NCBI GenBank assembly: GCA_041660305.1
Contig: JBAZWO010000007.1
Span: 1 to 63,831, forward strand
Length of the DNA stretch: 63,831 nucleotides
DNA from: Patescibacteria group bacterium
Lineage (GTDB): Bacteria; Patescibacteriota; Patescibacteriia; UBA9570
Direction: 5' to 3'
This document shows positions 1 to 7,719 of the stretch, one piece after another. The translations under genes were made by a program, and so were the position numbers. The stretch's first letter is position 1. Each line of letters starts with the position of its first letter. Under the pieces are notes generated by a model. That model had not been told where the DNA came from. It did no database searches and worked only from the letters and a program-made list of their open reading frames with translations.

Positions 1-37
1 ACGAAAGAAGCATACCATTACTGGTATGCTTTCATTA

Positions 38-137
38 TACGAACAGCGCGTATGCGCAATTGCTTTGCTTCGGTTGTGGTGATAAAATCATACCACAACC
101 TCGCGTCGCAACATGCGCCTACGCGCGAACGTTGTAC
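38..137 (+). repeat. attC-like site
   Basis: TATACGAAC-A-GCGCGTATGCGC, central hairpin GGTTGTGGTG/ACCACAACC, then GCGCCTACGCGCGAAC-GTTGTAC followed by GAAAT. Confidence 0.75.
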
Positions 138-178
138 GAAATATCCCCCCATTTATTAACTTTTTAATTCAATTTAAT

Positions 179-796
179 ATGACAACAACACAAAACATTC
201 CTTACATGCCGACTCCTGGATCTATTACAAAAATATTGGAAAAAATAAAACAGGCTGAAACACCTATTAATTTTAATCCGGATTTTCTCGGCACAAAACT
301 CGGTTTTAAAGGGGGTAATAATAGAATGTTTATATCATGGGCAAAAAAAACAGGACTTCTTAATAGTGATGGTACCCCCACCGCACTGTATAAACAATAC
401 AGGAACCCTCAGCATTCTGAAGCAAGCTTGGCCACAGCCCTCAAGAATGGATATTCTGAACTATATTCTAGGAATGAGTACTGCCATGAACTAGATAAAA
501 AAGGTTTCAAGGGGTTAGTAGTGGAGGCCACCGGGGAACCTGAAAACTCAGCAAAAGTAAAAATGATTGTCGCCACATTTTTCAACGCAAAATCTCTGGC
601 TAATTTTGATGCTAATCCAAATTTTGGTAAGCCTGAGGAAGAGGAAAAACCAACTGAGAAGCCTGCTGAAAAGAATACGCAGCAAGTAAAGCTCGGACTT
701 AACTATACTATTAACTTAACCTTGCCAAAAACTGATGACCCTGCAGTATACAATGCCATTTTTAAGTCTCTAAAAGACAATCTGCTACATGACTAA
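179..796 (+). CDS. DUF5343-like protein (first gene of a two-gene cassette)
   Basis: ORF track 113-796. The start was moved to ATG 179 because upstream codons read through the attC. The N-terminal pattern PYMPTPGSITKILEKIK...GLLNSDGTPTALYKQYRNP resembles my recollection of DUF5343. Confidence 0.6.
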   Translation: MTTTQNIPYMPTPGSITKILEKIKQAETPINFNPDFLGTKLGFKGGNNRMFISWAKKTGLLNSDGTPTALYKQYRNPQHSEASLATALKNGYSELYSRNEYCHELDKKGFKGLVVEATGEPENSAKVKMIVATFFNAKSLANFDANPNFGKPEEEEKPTEKPAEKNTQQVKLGLNYTINLTLPKTDDPAVYNAIFKSLKDNLLHD

Positions 797-1376
797 TATA
801 GATATCAATTCAAAAGTCAGGCTATTTACCCTAGCAAACTCTCTAACTGAAAAAGCGCTGGACCAACTAGAAGCAAATTTGGATTTAAATTTATGCCGTG
901 CAGAAGTAACTAAAACGGAAGAAAAAGATTACTATGCTCAGTTTGAAGCAAATTTTCGGAAAGAGGCACAAGCAATGGGTAAACATTATGAAGTTTTTTA
1001 TTGCCTAGAAAAATCCATAAGAAGCCTTATCATTGAACTTATGGTTGAAAAATTTAGTGCTAACTGGTGGAATGAAAAGGTAAGAGAAGACATCAAAAAA
1101 AATGTTAGTGACAATATGGCAAAAGATGCTGATTCTGGATATACACAAAGATCTGAAGAAAAAATTGACTACACCACCTTTGGTGAATTGAGTGAGATCG
1201 TTACTTCCAACTGGGAGGCGTTTGAGGATTTATTTAAAAGCAAAAGAGCATTTCAAAAAATAATGGCGAGTTTGAACCTTCTACGTGGTCCTATAGCTCA
1301 TTGTTGCCCACTTGCAGAAGATGAAATCGTCAGACTAGATATAACTGTTAAAGATTGGTTTCGTTTAATGGATTAA
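789..1376 (+). CDS. Swt1-like HEPN domain protein (putative RNase/toxin)
   Basis: Overlaps the upstream ORF by 8 nt. C-terminal LLRGPIAH fits the HEPN Rx4H motif. Confidence 0.6.
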   Translation: MTNIDINSKVRLFTLANSLTEKALDQLEANLDLNLCRAEVTKTEEKDYYAQFEANFRKEAQAMGKHYEVFYCLEKSIRSLIIELMVEKFSANWWNEKVREDIKKNVSDNMAKDADSGYTQRSEEKIDYTTFGELSEIVTSNWEAFEDLFKSKRAFQKIMASLNLLRGPIAHCCPLAEDEIVRLDITVKDWFRLMD

Positions 1377-1394
1377 TAAATGGGGGGATACATC

Positions 1395-1472
1395 GTACAA
1401 CAGCGTGTATGCGGTTCCGCTACGCTCCACCCATATTGCTAACGCAACATCGCATACACGCAAACGTTGTGC
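1395..1472 (+). repeat. attC-like site
   Basis: GTACAAC-A-GCGTGTATGCG ... CGCATACACGCAAAC-GTTGTGC followed by GAAAG. Confidence 0.7.
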
Positions 1473-1501
1473 GAAAGGCACGGCAATAAAAATAAGGAAA
1501 A

Positions 1502-1942
1502 ATGAAAAAAATTGTTAAAGTAGTTCTAAATTTTGGATTATTCACAAGTACAATATTTGGTATTTGGCATTTTTTTGTTCCTTATATTTATCATTGGTAT
1601 GATTACATTCCAAATGCGCCTCGAGAGATTATCGTATCTATTGATTGGATTAATTTCTTTTTTTCCTTATTTTTAGCTGGCAGTAGTTTTTTATTGATAA
1701 TACATCAACGGGAAATAGAATTGAAAAAAGGTATTTTTAGTTTTTTTATATTTCTTGTGTTTATTTGGTTTTCAAGAGTAATAATTACACTAGTTCATCC
1801 ATGGAATCAGCCGTATCAATTTATTGACATAATACAATTTATAATATTTTTGTTTGTATTTATTTTATTATTTATACCCTTAATGTATTACTTATTAAAT
1901 AAAAAACTTAAAGAGCCGTGCCAATCGCACAACAGCGCGTAA
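1502..1942 (+). CDS. Hypothetical multi-pass membrane protein (cassette ORF)
   Basis: ORF track. Several hydrophobic helices, no recognisable motif. Confidence 0.55.
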   Translation: MKKIVKVVLNFGLFTSTIFGIWHFFVPYIYHWYDYIPNAPREIIVSIDWINFFFSLFLAGSSFLLIIHQREIELKKGIFSFFIFLVFIWFSRVIITLVHPWNQPYQFIDIIQFIIFLFVFILLFIPLMYYLLNKKLKEPCQSHNSA

Positions 1943-2026
1943 GCGCAATTGCTCTGCTTCGATTGTGGTGATAAAATCATACCACAACCTTGCGTCGCAA
2001 CATGCGCCTACGCGCGAACGTTGTGC
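1927..2026 (+). repeat. attC-like site
   Basis: GCACAAC-A-GCGCGTAAGCGC, hairpin GATTGTGGTG/ACCACAACC, GCGCCTACGCGCGAAC-GTTGTGC. The 5' box overlaps the ORF stop, as is common for cassettes. Confidence 0.8.
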
Positions 2027-2050
2027 GTCATAATACTTCAAGAATACAAT

Positions 2051-2350
2051 ATGAAAATTATCAATAAACCGAGAAAGCTTGAGGAAAAATCTTTTATTAT
2101 GAGGTTGCAGAATGATTATACTCTCTACGTTGATTATGAATATACAAAAGATTCTAAAACTTTCTTTTTGGAATATAGAGTATTCCGAATCAAAGGAAAA
2201 GGTTATGTTTTAACAATTGGAGAAGGTGGGCATAAAGCAGATATTTTTCATGATTTTTGTACATTGAGAGATGAAAGATTTGAATTTCAATCAGTAGAAG
2301 AAGTCTTAAATTATCTCAAACAAAAAGAAAGTTTTAGAATACTCGATTAG
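2051..2350 (+). CDS. Hypothetical protein (cassette ORF)
   Basis: ORF track 1949-2350, trimmed to ATG 2051 (MKIINKPRKLEE) because the upstream part is attC sequence. Confidence 0.5.
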   Translation: MKIINKPRKLEEKSFIMRLQNDYTLYVDYEYTKDSKTFFLEYRVFRIKGKGYVLTIGEGGHKADIFHDFCTLRDERFEFQSVEEVLNYLKQKESFRILD

Positions 2351-2385
2351 GCCTATCACAAATAGAGTGCAATTCACATTACGGC

Positions 2386-2488
2386 GCACAACAGCGCGTA
2401 AGCGCAATTGCTCTGCATCGGTTGTGGTGTTATTCTAACTGTACCACAACACTCATTCACAACTGCCGCCTACGCGCGGACGTTAAGC
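2386..2488 (+). repeat. attC-like site
   Basis: GCACAAC-A-GCGCGTAAGCGC, hairpin GGTTGTGGTG...ACCACAAC, GCCGCCTACGCGCGGAC-GTTAAGC followed by GAAAT. Confidence 0.8.
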
Positions 2489-2512
2489 GAAATTGCGCGC
2501 ACAAAAGAAAGT

Positions 2513-3010
2513 ATGAAAAATATTCAGTTTAAAATATTTCCAATTATTGGCCTCATTCTCTATGTGCCTTTTCATGTATTAGAAGAGGCGCTGGGTAATT
2601 TCCCATTATGGATGCATCAGCATTATTACGGTTTACCGCAACCACTTTCTTATTCTCATTGGTTGATTAACAATGGAATTTTTTTGCTCGTGTTGTTGAT
2701 TGGTTTAACTTTTTATTTAAAAAATGAAAAGAAATATTTATATTTAGGTATTGGTATAATAGTGTGGTTATTCACAAATGCAATGGAACATATTGTTTTT
2801 TCCATAAAGGATGTTCAATTATCACCAGGATTTTTTACAGCAATACTATTTTTACTATTGGTCTTCTTTTCATTTTTTAAATTAAACGAGAATAAAGTTT
2901 TACAATGGCCAATAATTGGAAAAAGCATATTAGCCGGATTATCGTATTGGATAATTTCTTTTGTATTTATTATTTTAATTGGCAACACTTTAATAAAGAT
3001 TTTCCCCTAA
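2513..3010 (+). CDS. HXXEE-domain-like membrane protein (cassette ORF)
   Basis: ORF track 2408-3010 trimmed to ATG 2513. HVLEE motif and a second NAMEH motif within a multi-helix membrane protein. Confidence 0.5.
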   Translation: MKNIQFKIFPIIGLILYVPFHVLEEALGNFPLWMHQHYYGLPQPLSYSHWLINNGIFLLVLLIGLTFYLKNEKKYLYLGIGIIVWLFTNAMEHIVFSIKDVQLSPGFFTAILFLLLVFFSFFKLNENKVLQWPIIGKSILAGLSYWIISFVFIILIGNTLIKIFP

Positions 3011-3021
3011 GTGCGCGCAAC

Positions 3022-3179
3022 TTCAACCTAAAAATCGAATAAACAAGCCTGTTTTTGCGTGTGATCTGGAAAAGGATTCAAATCGAAAAATACCAACCCG
3101 GTTGCTTTTTGGCTTAGTTGTGGTATTTTTAAGGTATTAAGTGTTTTCTAACGCAACGGTAGTGGCGCGGACGTTGTGC
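3022..3179 (+). repeat. Long atypical attC-like element, copy 1 (contains IS-end homology)
   Basis: About 90 percent identical to 5057-5209. Bases 3029-3072 are the reverse complement of 62899-62942, the 3' end of the IS4-like fragment. It ends GGCGCGGAC-GTTGTGC followed by GAAAT. Confidence 0.5.
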
Positions 3180-3204
3180 GAAATAATTAAATTTTTTTAA
3201 TACG

Positions 3205-3405
3205 ATGAAAAAATTATTCTATATATCGCTGGCTATTTTCTTGATAGTGATTTTTATTTATTTTTTTATTAAATTGATACTTTCTGGTTATTTTTCTGGT
3301 AAGATTCCCTCCGACCCAAATGTTTGTAATAATTTAAAACCTGATGAATATTGTGTCTGCGAAAAATATCAACCTCCAATTTGTCATGTTGAAAAAAATA
3401 AATAA
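3205..3405 (+). CDS. Small membrane-anchored Cys-containing peptide (cassette ORF)
   Basis: ORF track. N-terminal hydrophobic helix and four Cys in the C-terminal half. Confidence 0.4.
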   Translation: MKKLFYISLAIFLIVIFIYFFIKLILSGYFSGKIPSDPNVCNNLKPDEYCVCEKYQPPICHVEKNK

Positions 3406-3416
3406 AGAAAGAAAAT

Positions 3417-3503
3417 TTTCTCAACCCAAATTTTTGCCATTTTCTTCTTTTAGAATATAATAAGGAAGTGGGCAAAAACATCGCGTACGCGCGGACGTTA
3501 TAT
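3417..3503 (+). repeat. Degenerate attC-like site
   Basis: TTCTCAAC box, hairpin TTTTTGCC/GGCAAAAA, CGCGTACGCGCGGAC-GTTATAT. The left arm pairs poorly. Confidence 0.4.
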
Positions 3504-3538
3504 GCCATTGTGCCGATTTTAATTCTTAATCTAAAAAT

Positions 3539-4075
3539 ATGAAAATCATCATCACTTTATTGAGTTTAGGCCTGTTATTAACAGGCTGTACAAATAATAA
3601 TTCGGGGCAAACTCAAAATAACACCAACGAACAAGTTCCAGAACAATCTGTCTTGGAAACACAAGAAGTCCAATCAACTAATGAAGCTCAAAATATTGAA
3701 GGAGATCTTTATTATATTAAAAATGTCTCCACAAAAGACGGCAAAACTTCTATTGAAATCGACAAAATTGAATGGCTAAGTTTTACCGACAATACATGTA
3801 GCACACCACCAGAAATAAAACCTGACATGCCACAATGCAATCCCAACGGATTTTTAATTAAAAATAGCAGTCCAGATTTAAAAACCTACGAAGTTTTGCC
3901 ATCAGCAAGCCTACGAATAATAGACCCCGTCAAAAATCCAGCTAATAAAAAAATAAGTCTACAAGAATTCGGTGAATATTTTACTTCACAAAAAGAATAT
4001 TTTGAGTTTGCCCCTTTCGTCATTCAAATAGAAAACAGCGTTGTCATAGCAATACAAGAAAAGTATATCCCATAA
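3539..4075 (+). CDS. Putative lipoprotein
   Basis: Signal peptide with lipobox LLTGC, followed by a Q/N/E-rich linker. Confidence 0.6.
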   Translation: MKIIITLLSLGLLLTGCTNNNSGQTQNNTNEQVPEQSVLETQEVQSTNEAQNIEGDLYYIKNVSTKDGKTSIEIDKIEWLSFTDNTCSTPPEIKPDMPQCNPNGFLIKNSSPDLKTYEVLPSASLRIIDPVKNPANKKISLQEFGEYFTSQKEYFEFAPFVIQIENSVVIAIQEKYIP

Positions 4076-4168
4076 AACCAGCCCAGCGGGTAGCCGGTTC
4101 GCTAACTAAATAAAATATTTTTATGAATTACCAATAAACAAATATGTACATCGTCATTTTAATAATAA

Positions 4169-4212
4169 CTTAGAACCTGCGTGAAAAACCATATTTTCAC
4201 GCAGGTTCTAAG
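4169..4212. repeat. Perfect 19-bp inverted repeat (hairpin)
   Basis: CTTAGAACCTGCGTGAAAA, 6-nt loop, TTTTCACGCAGGTTCTAAG. Confidence 0.8.
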
Positions 4213-4247
4213 TAATATATACACCTCTTATTTAGTAAAGAATCAAT

Positions 4248-4550
4248 ATGAAAACAAAAAAAATAGAAATCGCTACGGGCGTAGTTCATGAAGTGCCTAA
4301 TGATTTAAAGACGGTTTTAAGCTCCAATTCAGAGTTGCTTGCCAAATGGAATAGCCTAACACCTCTATCTCGTAATGAGTGGATTTGTTGGGTCACTATT
4401 GTGAAAAAGTCAGAAACACGTAAAGAACATATTGAACGTTTATCTGAAGAGCTCCTAGCAGGGGAAAAAAGGCCTTGTTGTTGGCCTGGTTGCCCTCATC
4501 GCAGAGAAAGTGCTAAAAAGTGGTTTAAAACTTTTAAAGCGGAAAAATAA
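4248..4550 (+). CDS. YdeI/OmpD-associated family-like protein
   Basis: LTPLSRNEWICWV...KKSETRKEHIERL pattern, recalled from the YdeI/OmdA family. Confidence 0.5.
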   Translation: MKTKKIEIATGVVHEVPNDLKTVLSSNSELLAKWNSLTPLSRNEWICWVTIVKKSETRKEHIERLSEELLAGEKRPCCWPGCPHRRESAKKWFKTFKAEK

Positions 4551-4582
4551 TTATGAAAAAAAATCAAATTTTCTTAGTAATA

Positions 4583-4622
4583 AAATAACGGCGCAACTAC
4601 TGCCTACGCGCGAGCGTTATGT
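4583..4622 (+). repeat. Short attC-like site
   Basis: AAATAAC-GGCGC...GCGCGAGC-GTTATGT. An imperfect palindrome, but shorter than typical attC sites. Confidence 0.35.
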
Positions 4623-4648
4623 AAAATTTTATTCGTAATTTAAATACC

Positions 4649-5053
4649 ATGCTAACAAGAAAAAATACCTACTACCTTTTTTCATCTCTGGATCTGATTA
4701 CCTTCATTATTAACTTCAACTTACTGGTTCGATTGGTAGCCGGCCTACCTAAAGATTATAACAATAATACTATCTTTTTTTTGCTTACTATTCTACATGT
4801 TTTATTTTTGCTATCACTACTACTAACTACATACCTGCACTTTAAAAAACAGAAAAAAGCATTACTCCTATATTATCCGCAATTAGTATTGCGTGCTCTT
4901 TTTTTTACTTGGAGTTTTGGATTTATCTTTTTAATAGAAGCATTATTTTTCGCTGCAACTTTGCACTATATACTAATTGCTATCATGATCGTTGCCGAGC
5001 TTGCTAGATTGACCATGAATATCAAGACACAAAGAGAGATGAAAAAAGAATAA
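4649..5053 (+). CDS. Hypothetical membrane protein (cassette ORF)
   Basis: ORF track. Four hydrophobic helices. Confidence 0.5.
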   Translation: MLTRKNTYYLFSSLDLITFIINFNLLVRLVAGLPKDYNNNTIFFLLTILHVLFLLSLLLTTYLHFKKQKKALLLYYPQLVLRALFFTWSFGFIFLIEALFFAATLHYILIAIMIVAELARLTMNIKTQREMKKE

Positions 5054-5056
5054 TCT

Positions 5057-5209
5057 TTCAACAATCGAATAAACAAGCCTGTTTTTGCATGTGCTCTGGA
5101 AAATGATTCAAATCGAAAAATACCAACCAGCTTGCTTTTTGGCTTAGTTGTGGTATTTTTAAGGTATTAAGTGTTTTCTAACGCAACGGTAGTGGCGCGG
5201 ACATTCAAC
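5057..5209 (+). repeat. Long atypical attC-like element, copy 2
   Basis: Homologous to 3022-3179. Its 3' box is ATTCAAC instead of GTTGTGC, repeating the TTCAAC at its own 5' end. Confidence 0.5.
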
Positions 5210-5296
5210 GAAATAGTGAGAAAATCTCTTTATAAAAACATTAATAATTTTGAAATACATTTTTGGCTCGGCTCTTATTATTAAAATTTAATTACT

Positions 5297-5626
5297 ATGC
5301 TACAAAAAATACCAAAAGAATTATTAAGTTCAGAGTATCGAATAGAGATGTGGAAAAACTCACAGAAAATTATCAAGAAGCTTGAAAAAGTTCTGCCGAT
5401 TTCTTCTGCTTATTTATTGGGTAGCTTCACCACTGAAAAAAAGAGACCGGCTGATGTTGATTTTATAATTTTGCTTCAGATGAAAGATAAATCGAAATTT
5501 AATTGGTCAGTTGATTTTGTGGTTGCACCAACTGGAGAACATGGAGAATTTATTTTGGAAGATGCTAAAAAGTGGATGAAGCAAAAATATGGAACGAAGA
5601 AATCGGCAGTAATTAAATTAAAGTAG
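5297..5626 (+). CDS. Minimal nucleotidyltransferase (MNT-like) domain protein
   Basis: GSFTTEKKRPADVDFIIL fits the GS...D.D nucleotidyltransferase motif. Confidence 0.55.
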   Translation: MLQKIPKELLSSEYRIEMWKNSQKIIKKLEKVLPISSAYLLGSFTTEKKRPADVDFIILLQMKDKSKFNWSVDFVVAPTGEHGEFILEDAKKWMKQKYGTKKSAVIKLK

Positions 5627-5645
5627 GAGGCGCCGAGCCGAACAT

Positions 5646-5743
5646 CACACAACACGGAGTAAACGGTTCAAAAATTTTGCGTAGTTATATTTATAGGTAT
5701 ACAAAATTTCCTAACCCAAATTCGTTTACTCCGATACGTTAGG
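5646..5743 (+). repeat. attC-like site (last in the plus-strand array)
   Basis: ACACAAC-AC-GGAGTAAACG ... CGTTTACTCCGATAC-GTTAGGC followed by GAAAT. Confidence 0.75.
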
Positions 5744-5899
5744 CGAAATAAATTTTTTATCTTGGTGGTAATTTTAGGGTTTTGGTGATATAAATAAAGA
5801 CAGAAAATTTGATTTTTAATTTATTTAAAGAGGGGCAAAAAGGTGTTTTTCTGCTCCTGGAATCGTAGAAAAAAAGAATTTATTTATAAGAATATTTAT

Positions 5900-6883
5900 A
5901 TGACAAATATAATCAAAGATTTCAAGCCATTCGTAGGTCAACATTGCGAAACCACTGCAACAGGCTCTCTTCTTAATCAGATTGGGATTGAATTTTCCGA
6001 ACCAATGCTTTTTGGCTTGGGAGAAGGACTGGGTTTTATTTTCTGGAATATGAAGATTATGGGTTTTCCATTTATTGGTGGAAGAATAAAACCGGATGCT
6101 TTGACGCAAAATATTGCACGAAATTTAAACTTGAAATTAGATGTCCAAGAAACATCATCGACAAAAAAAGCCTGGGAAAATGTCAAAAGTAATATTGATA
6201 AAAATATTGCCGTTGGACTCAAGCTCGATTGTTATCATTTGGATTACTTTACAATCAAAATTCATTTTGCGGGTCATTATGTAGCTATGTATGGATATGA
6301 TGATAATTTTGCATATTTGGTTGATACAAAACAGCAAGGAAAAGTAAAAACATCATTGAAAAATCTTGAATTAGCAAGAAATGAAAAAGGGCCAATGTCT
6401 TCAAGAAATTTAAGTTATACAATTCAAGATGTGAAAAAGGGCTATGACCTAAAAAAAGCTATAATTATTGCCATTAAAAACAATGCTAAGGATTATCTGA
6501 ATCCGCCAATCAAGAATATCGGGTACAAAGGCGTGTTGAAGGCAAGCGAGGAAATTAAAAAATGGTTTAAAAACAGCAAGGATATTCAAGGAGATTTTGA
6601 AACCACTGCCATGTTGATGGAAAAGGGTGGAACAGGTGGGGCGCTTTTTAGAAACCTCTACAGAGATTTTTTGAAAGAAAGTTATAATTTTTTAAAAATA
6701 GAAAAATTAAATGAAGCTCACCAGATGTTTATTGAAATAGCAATTTTGTGGACAAAAGTTGCAATTTTATTTAAAAAAACAGCAGAAACCAAAAATATTG
6801 AACATATTAATCAGGCCTCCGAAATTTTGATTGCTTTATCCAAAAAAGAAAAAATAGCCATGGAGTTGTTATTGGAAATATAG
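5900..6883 (+). CDS. BtrH_N/DUF4872-like (papain-fold) protein
   Basis: ORF track 5843-6883 (GTG), with ATG 5900 preferred. FVGQHCETTATGSLL near the N-terminus, as in BtrH N-terminal domain proteins. Confidence 0.55.
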   Translation: MTNIIKDFKPFVGQHCETTATGSLLNQIGIEFSEPMLFGLGEGLGFIFWNMKIMGFPFIGGRIKPDALTQNIARNLNLKLDVQETSSTKKAWENVKSNIDKNIAVGLKLDCYHLDYFTIKIHFAGHYVAMYGYDDNFAYLVDTKQQGKVKTSLKNLELARNEKGPMSSRNLSYTIQDVKKGYDLKKAIIIAIKNNAKDYLNPPIKNIGYKGVLKASEEIKKWFKNSKDIQGDFETTAMLMEKGGTGGALFRNLYRDFLKESYNFLKIEKLNEAHQMFIEIAILWTKVAILFKKTAETKNIEHINQASEILIALSKKEKIAMELLLEI

Positions 6884-6895
6884 TAAAATAAGCCT

Positions 6896-7123
6896 ATGTC
6901 AAAAAATAAAACTATCAATGTAAAAGGAACAAAAATCACAATCATAAAGCAGGGTAATTCTGACTATGATTATATTTCCCTGACTGACATGCTCAAGGCG
7001 AAAGATGGTGATTTTTTTATTTCTGATTGGTTGAGAAATAGAAATACGGTTGAATTTTTGGGTATTTGGGAAAAAATTTATAATCCAAATTTTAATTATG
7101 GCGAATTTGCCGTAATTAAATAA
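6896..7123 (+). pseudogene. KilA-N domain protein, N-terminal fragment
   Basis: ISLTDM...DWLRNRNTVEFLGIWEKIYNPNFN matches the KilA-N pattern. The ORF stops after 75 aa, whereas the family members I recall are several-fold longer. Confidence 0.5.
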
Positions 7124-7230
7124 TACTGCAATAATTCAGATGGAGTCGTTTTTAACAAGTAATGGAGCGAAGAAATTAGAATCATCAAAATAAAATACAA
7201 TAAGGAGCTTTAATTTTAACTCAAAACATT

Positions 7231-7719
7231 ATGGCAATTAAAATTTTTTTAACGGGCGGGACTTTTGATAAGGAATATAACGAACTAGACGGCTCGCTTT
7301 ATTTTAAAGATACACACCTGCCGGAAATGCTCACGCTCGGACGGTCGCGTGTTCCGGTAGATCTACGCACTTTGATGATGATTGATAGTTTAGATATGAC
7401 TAATGCTGACCGAGAAACTATCGCTCAAAATTGTCTTAAAACAGCGGAAGATAAAATTATTATTACCCATGGCACTGATACTATGGTAGAAACTGCCCGA
7501 GTGCTCGCTGAAAAGATAAAAGACAAAACCATTGTTATAGTCGGAGCAATGATTCCGTATAAATTTGGGAGCTCCGATGGTCTTTTCAATCTTGGCTCCG
7601 CTCTTGCCTTTGTTCAAACTTTACCGGCCGGTGTGTATATTGCTATGAATGGTCGCTATTTCAAATGGGATAATGTTCGCAAGAATAAAAAAATTGGAGA
7701 GTTTGAAGAAACAAAGTAA
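7231..7719 (+). CDS. Asparaginase-domain protein (single-domain, short form)
   Basis: TGGT near the N-terminus and an HGTDT motif. Confidence 0.65.
   Translation: MAIKIFLTGGTFDKEYNELDGSLYFKDTHLPEMLTLGRSRVPVDLRTLMMIDSLDMTNADRETIAQNCLKTAEDKIIITHGTDTMVETARVLAEKIKDKTIVIVGAMIPYKFGSSDGLFNLGSALAFVQTLPAGVYIAMNGRYFKWDNVRKNKKIGEFEETK

Larger units (their letters stand above)
1..5743 (+). mobile_element. Integron-type gene-cassette array (cluster of attC-like sites; no integrase gene inside the window)
   Basis: Nine co-oriented small-ORF units. Each is followed by an imperfect palindrome with a 5' ...AAC box and a 3' GTTnnnn box, and the next ORF starts about 25-90 nt after the 3' box. By eye the region is more AT-rich than the core. 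Confidence 0.7.

Noticed and set aside
113-178. N-terminal extensions of cassette ORFs as listed in the track (113, 1949, 2408, 5843 and 63633 starts).
   Set aside because: The extra codons translate attC palindromes (recurrent ...CAYARTL... peptides) or begin with non-ATG codons. Internal ATG starts just downstream of the attC 3' box are more credible.
3269-3508. 79-aa minus-strand ORF.
   Set aside because: It is antisense to the small cassette ORF and runs through an attC-like site. It has no motif and is probably spurious.
1-5743. Possibility that the regularly recurring repeats form a CRISPR array.
   Set aside because: The repeats are 40-160 nt imperfect palindromes of variable sequence, spaced 300-1300 nt apart with whole ORFs between them. 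No short identical direct repeats and no cas genes are present.
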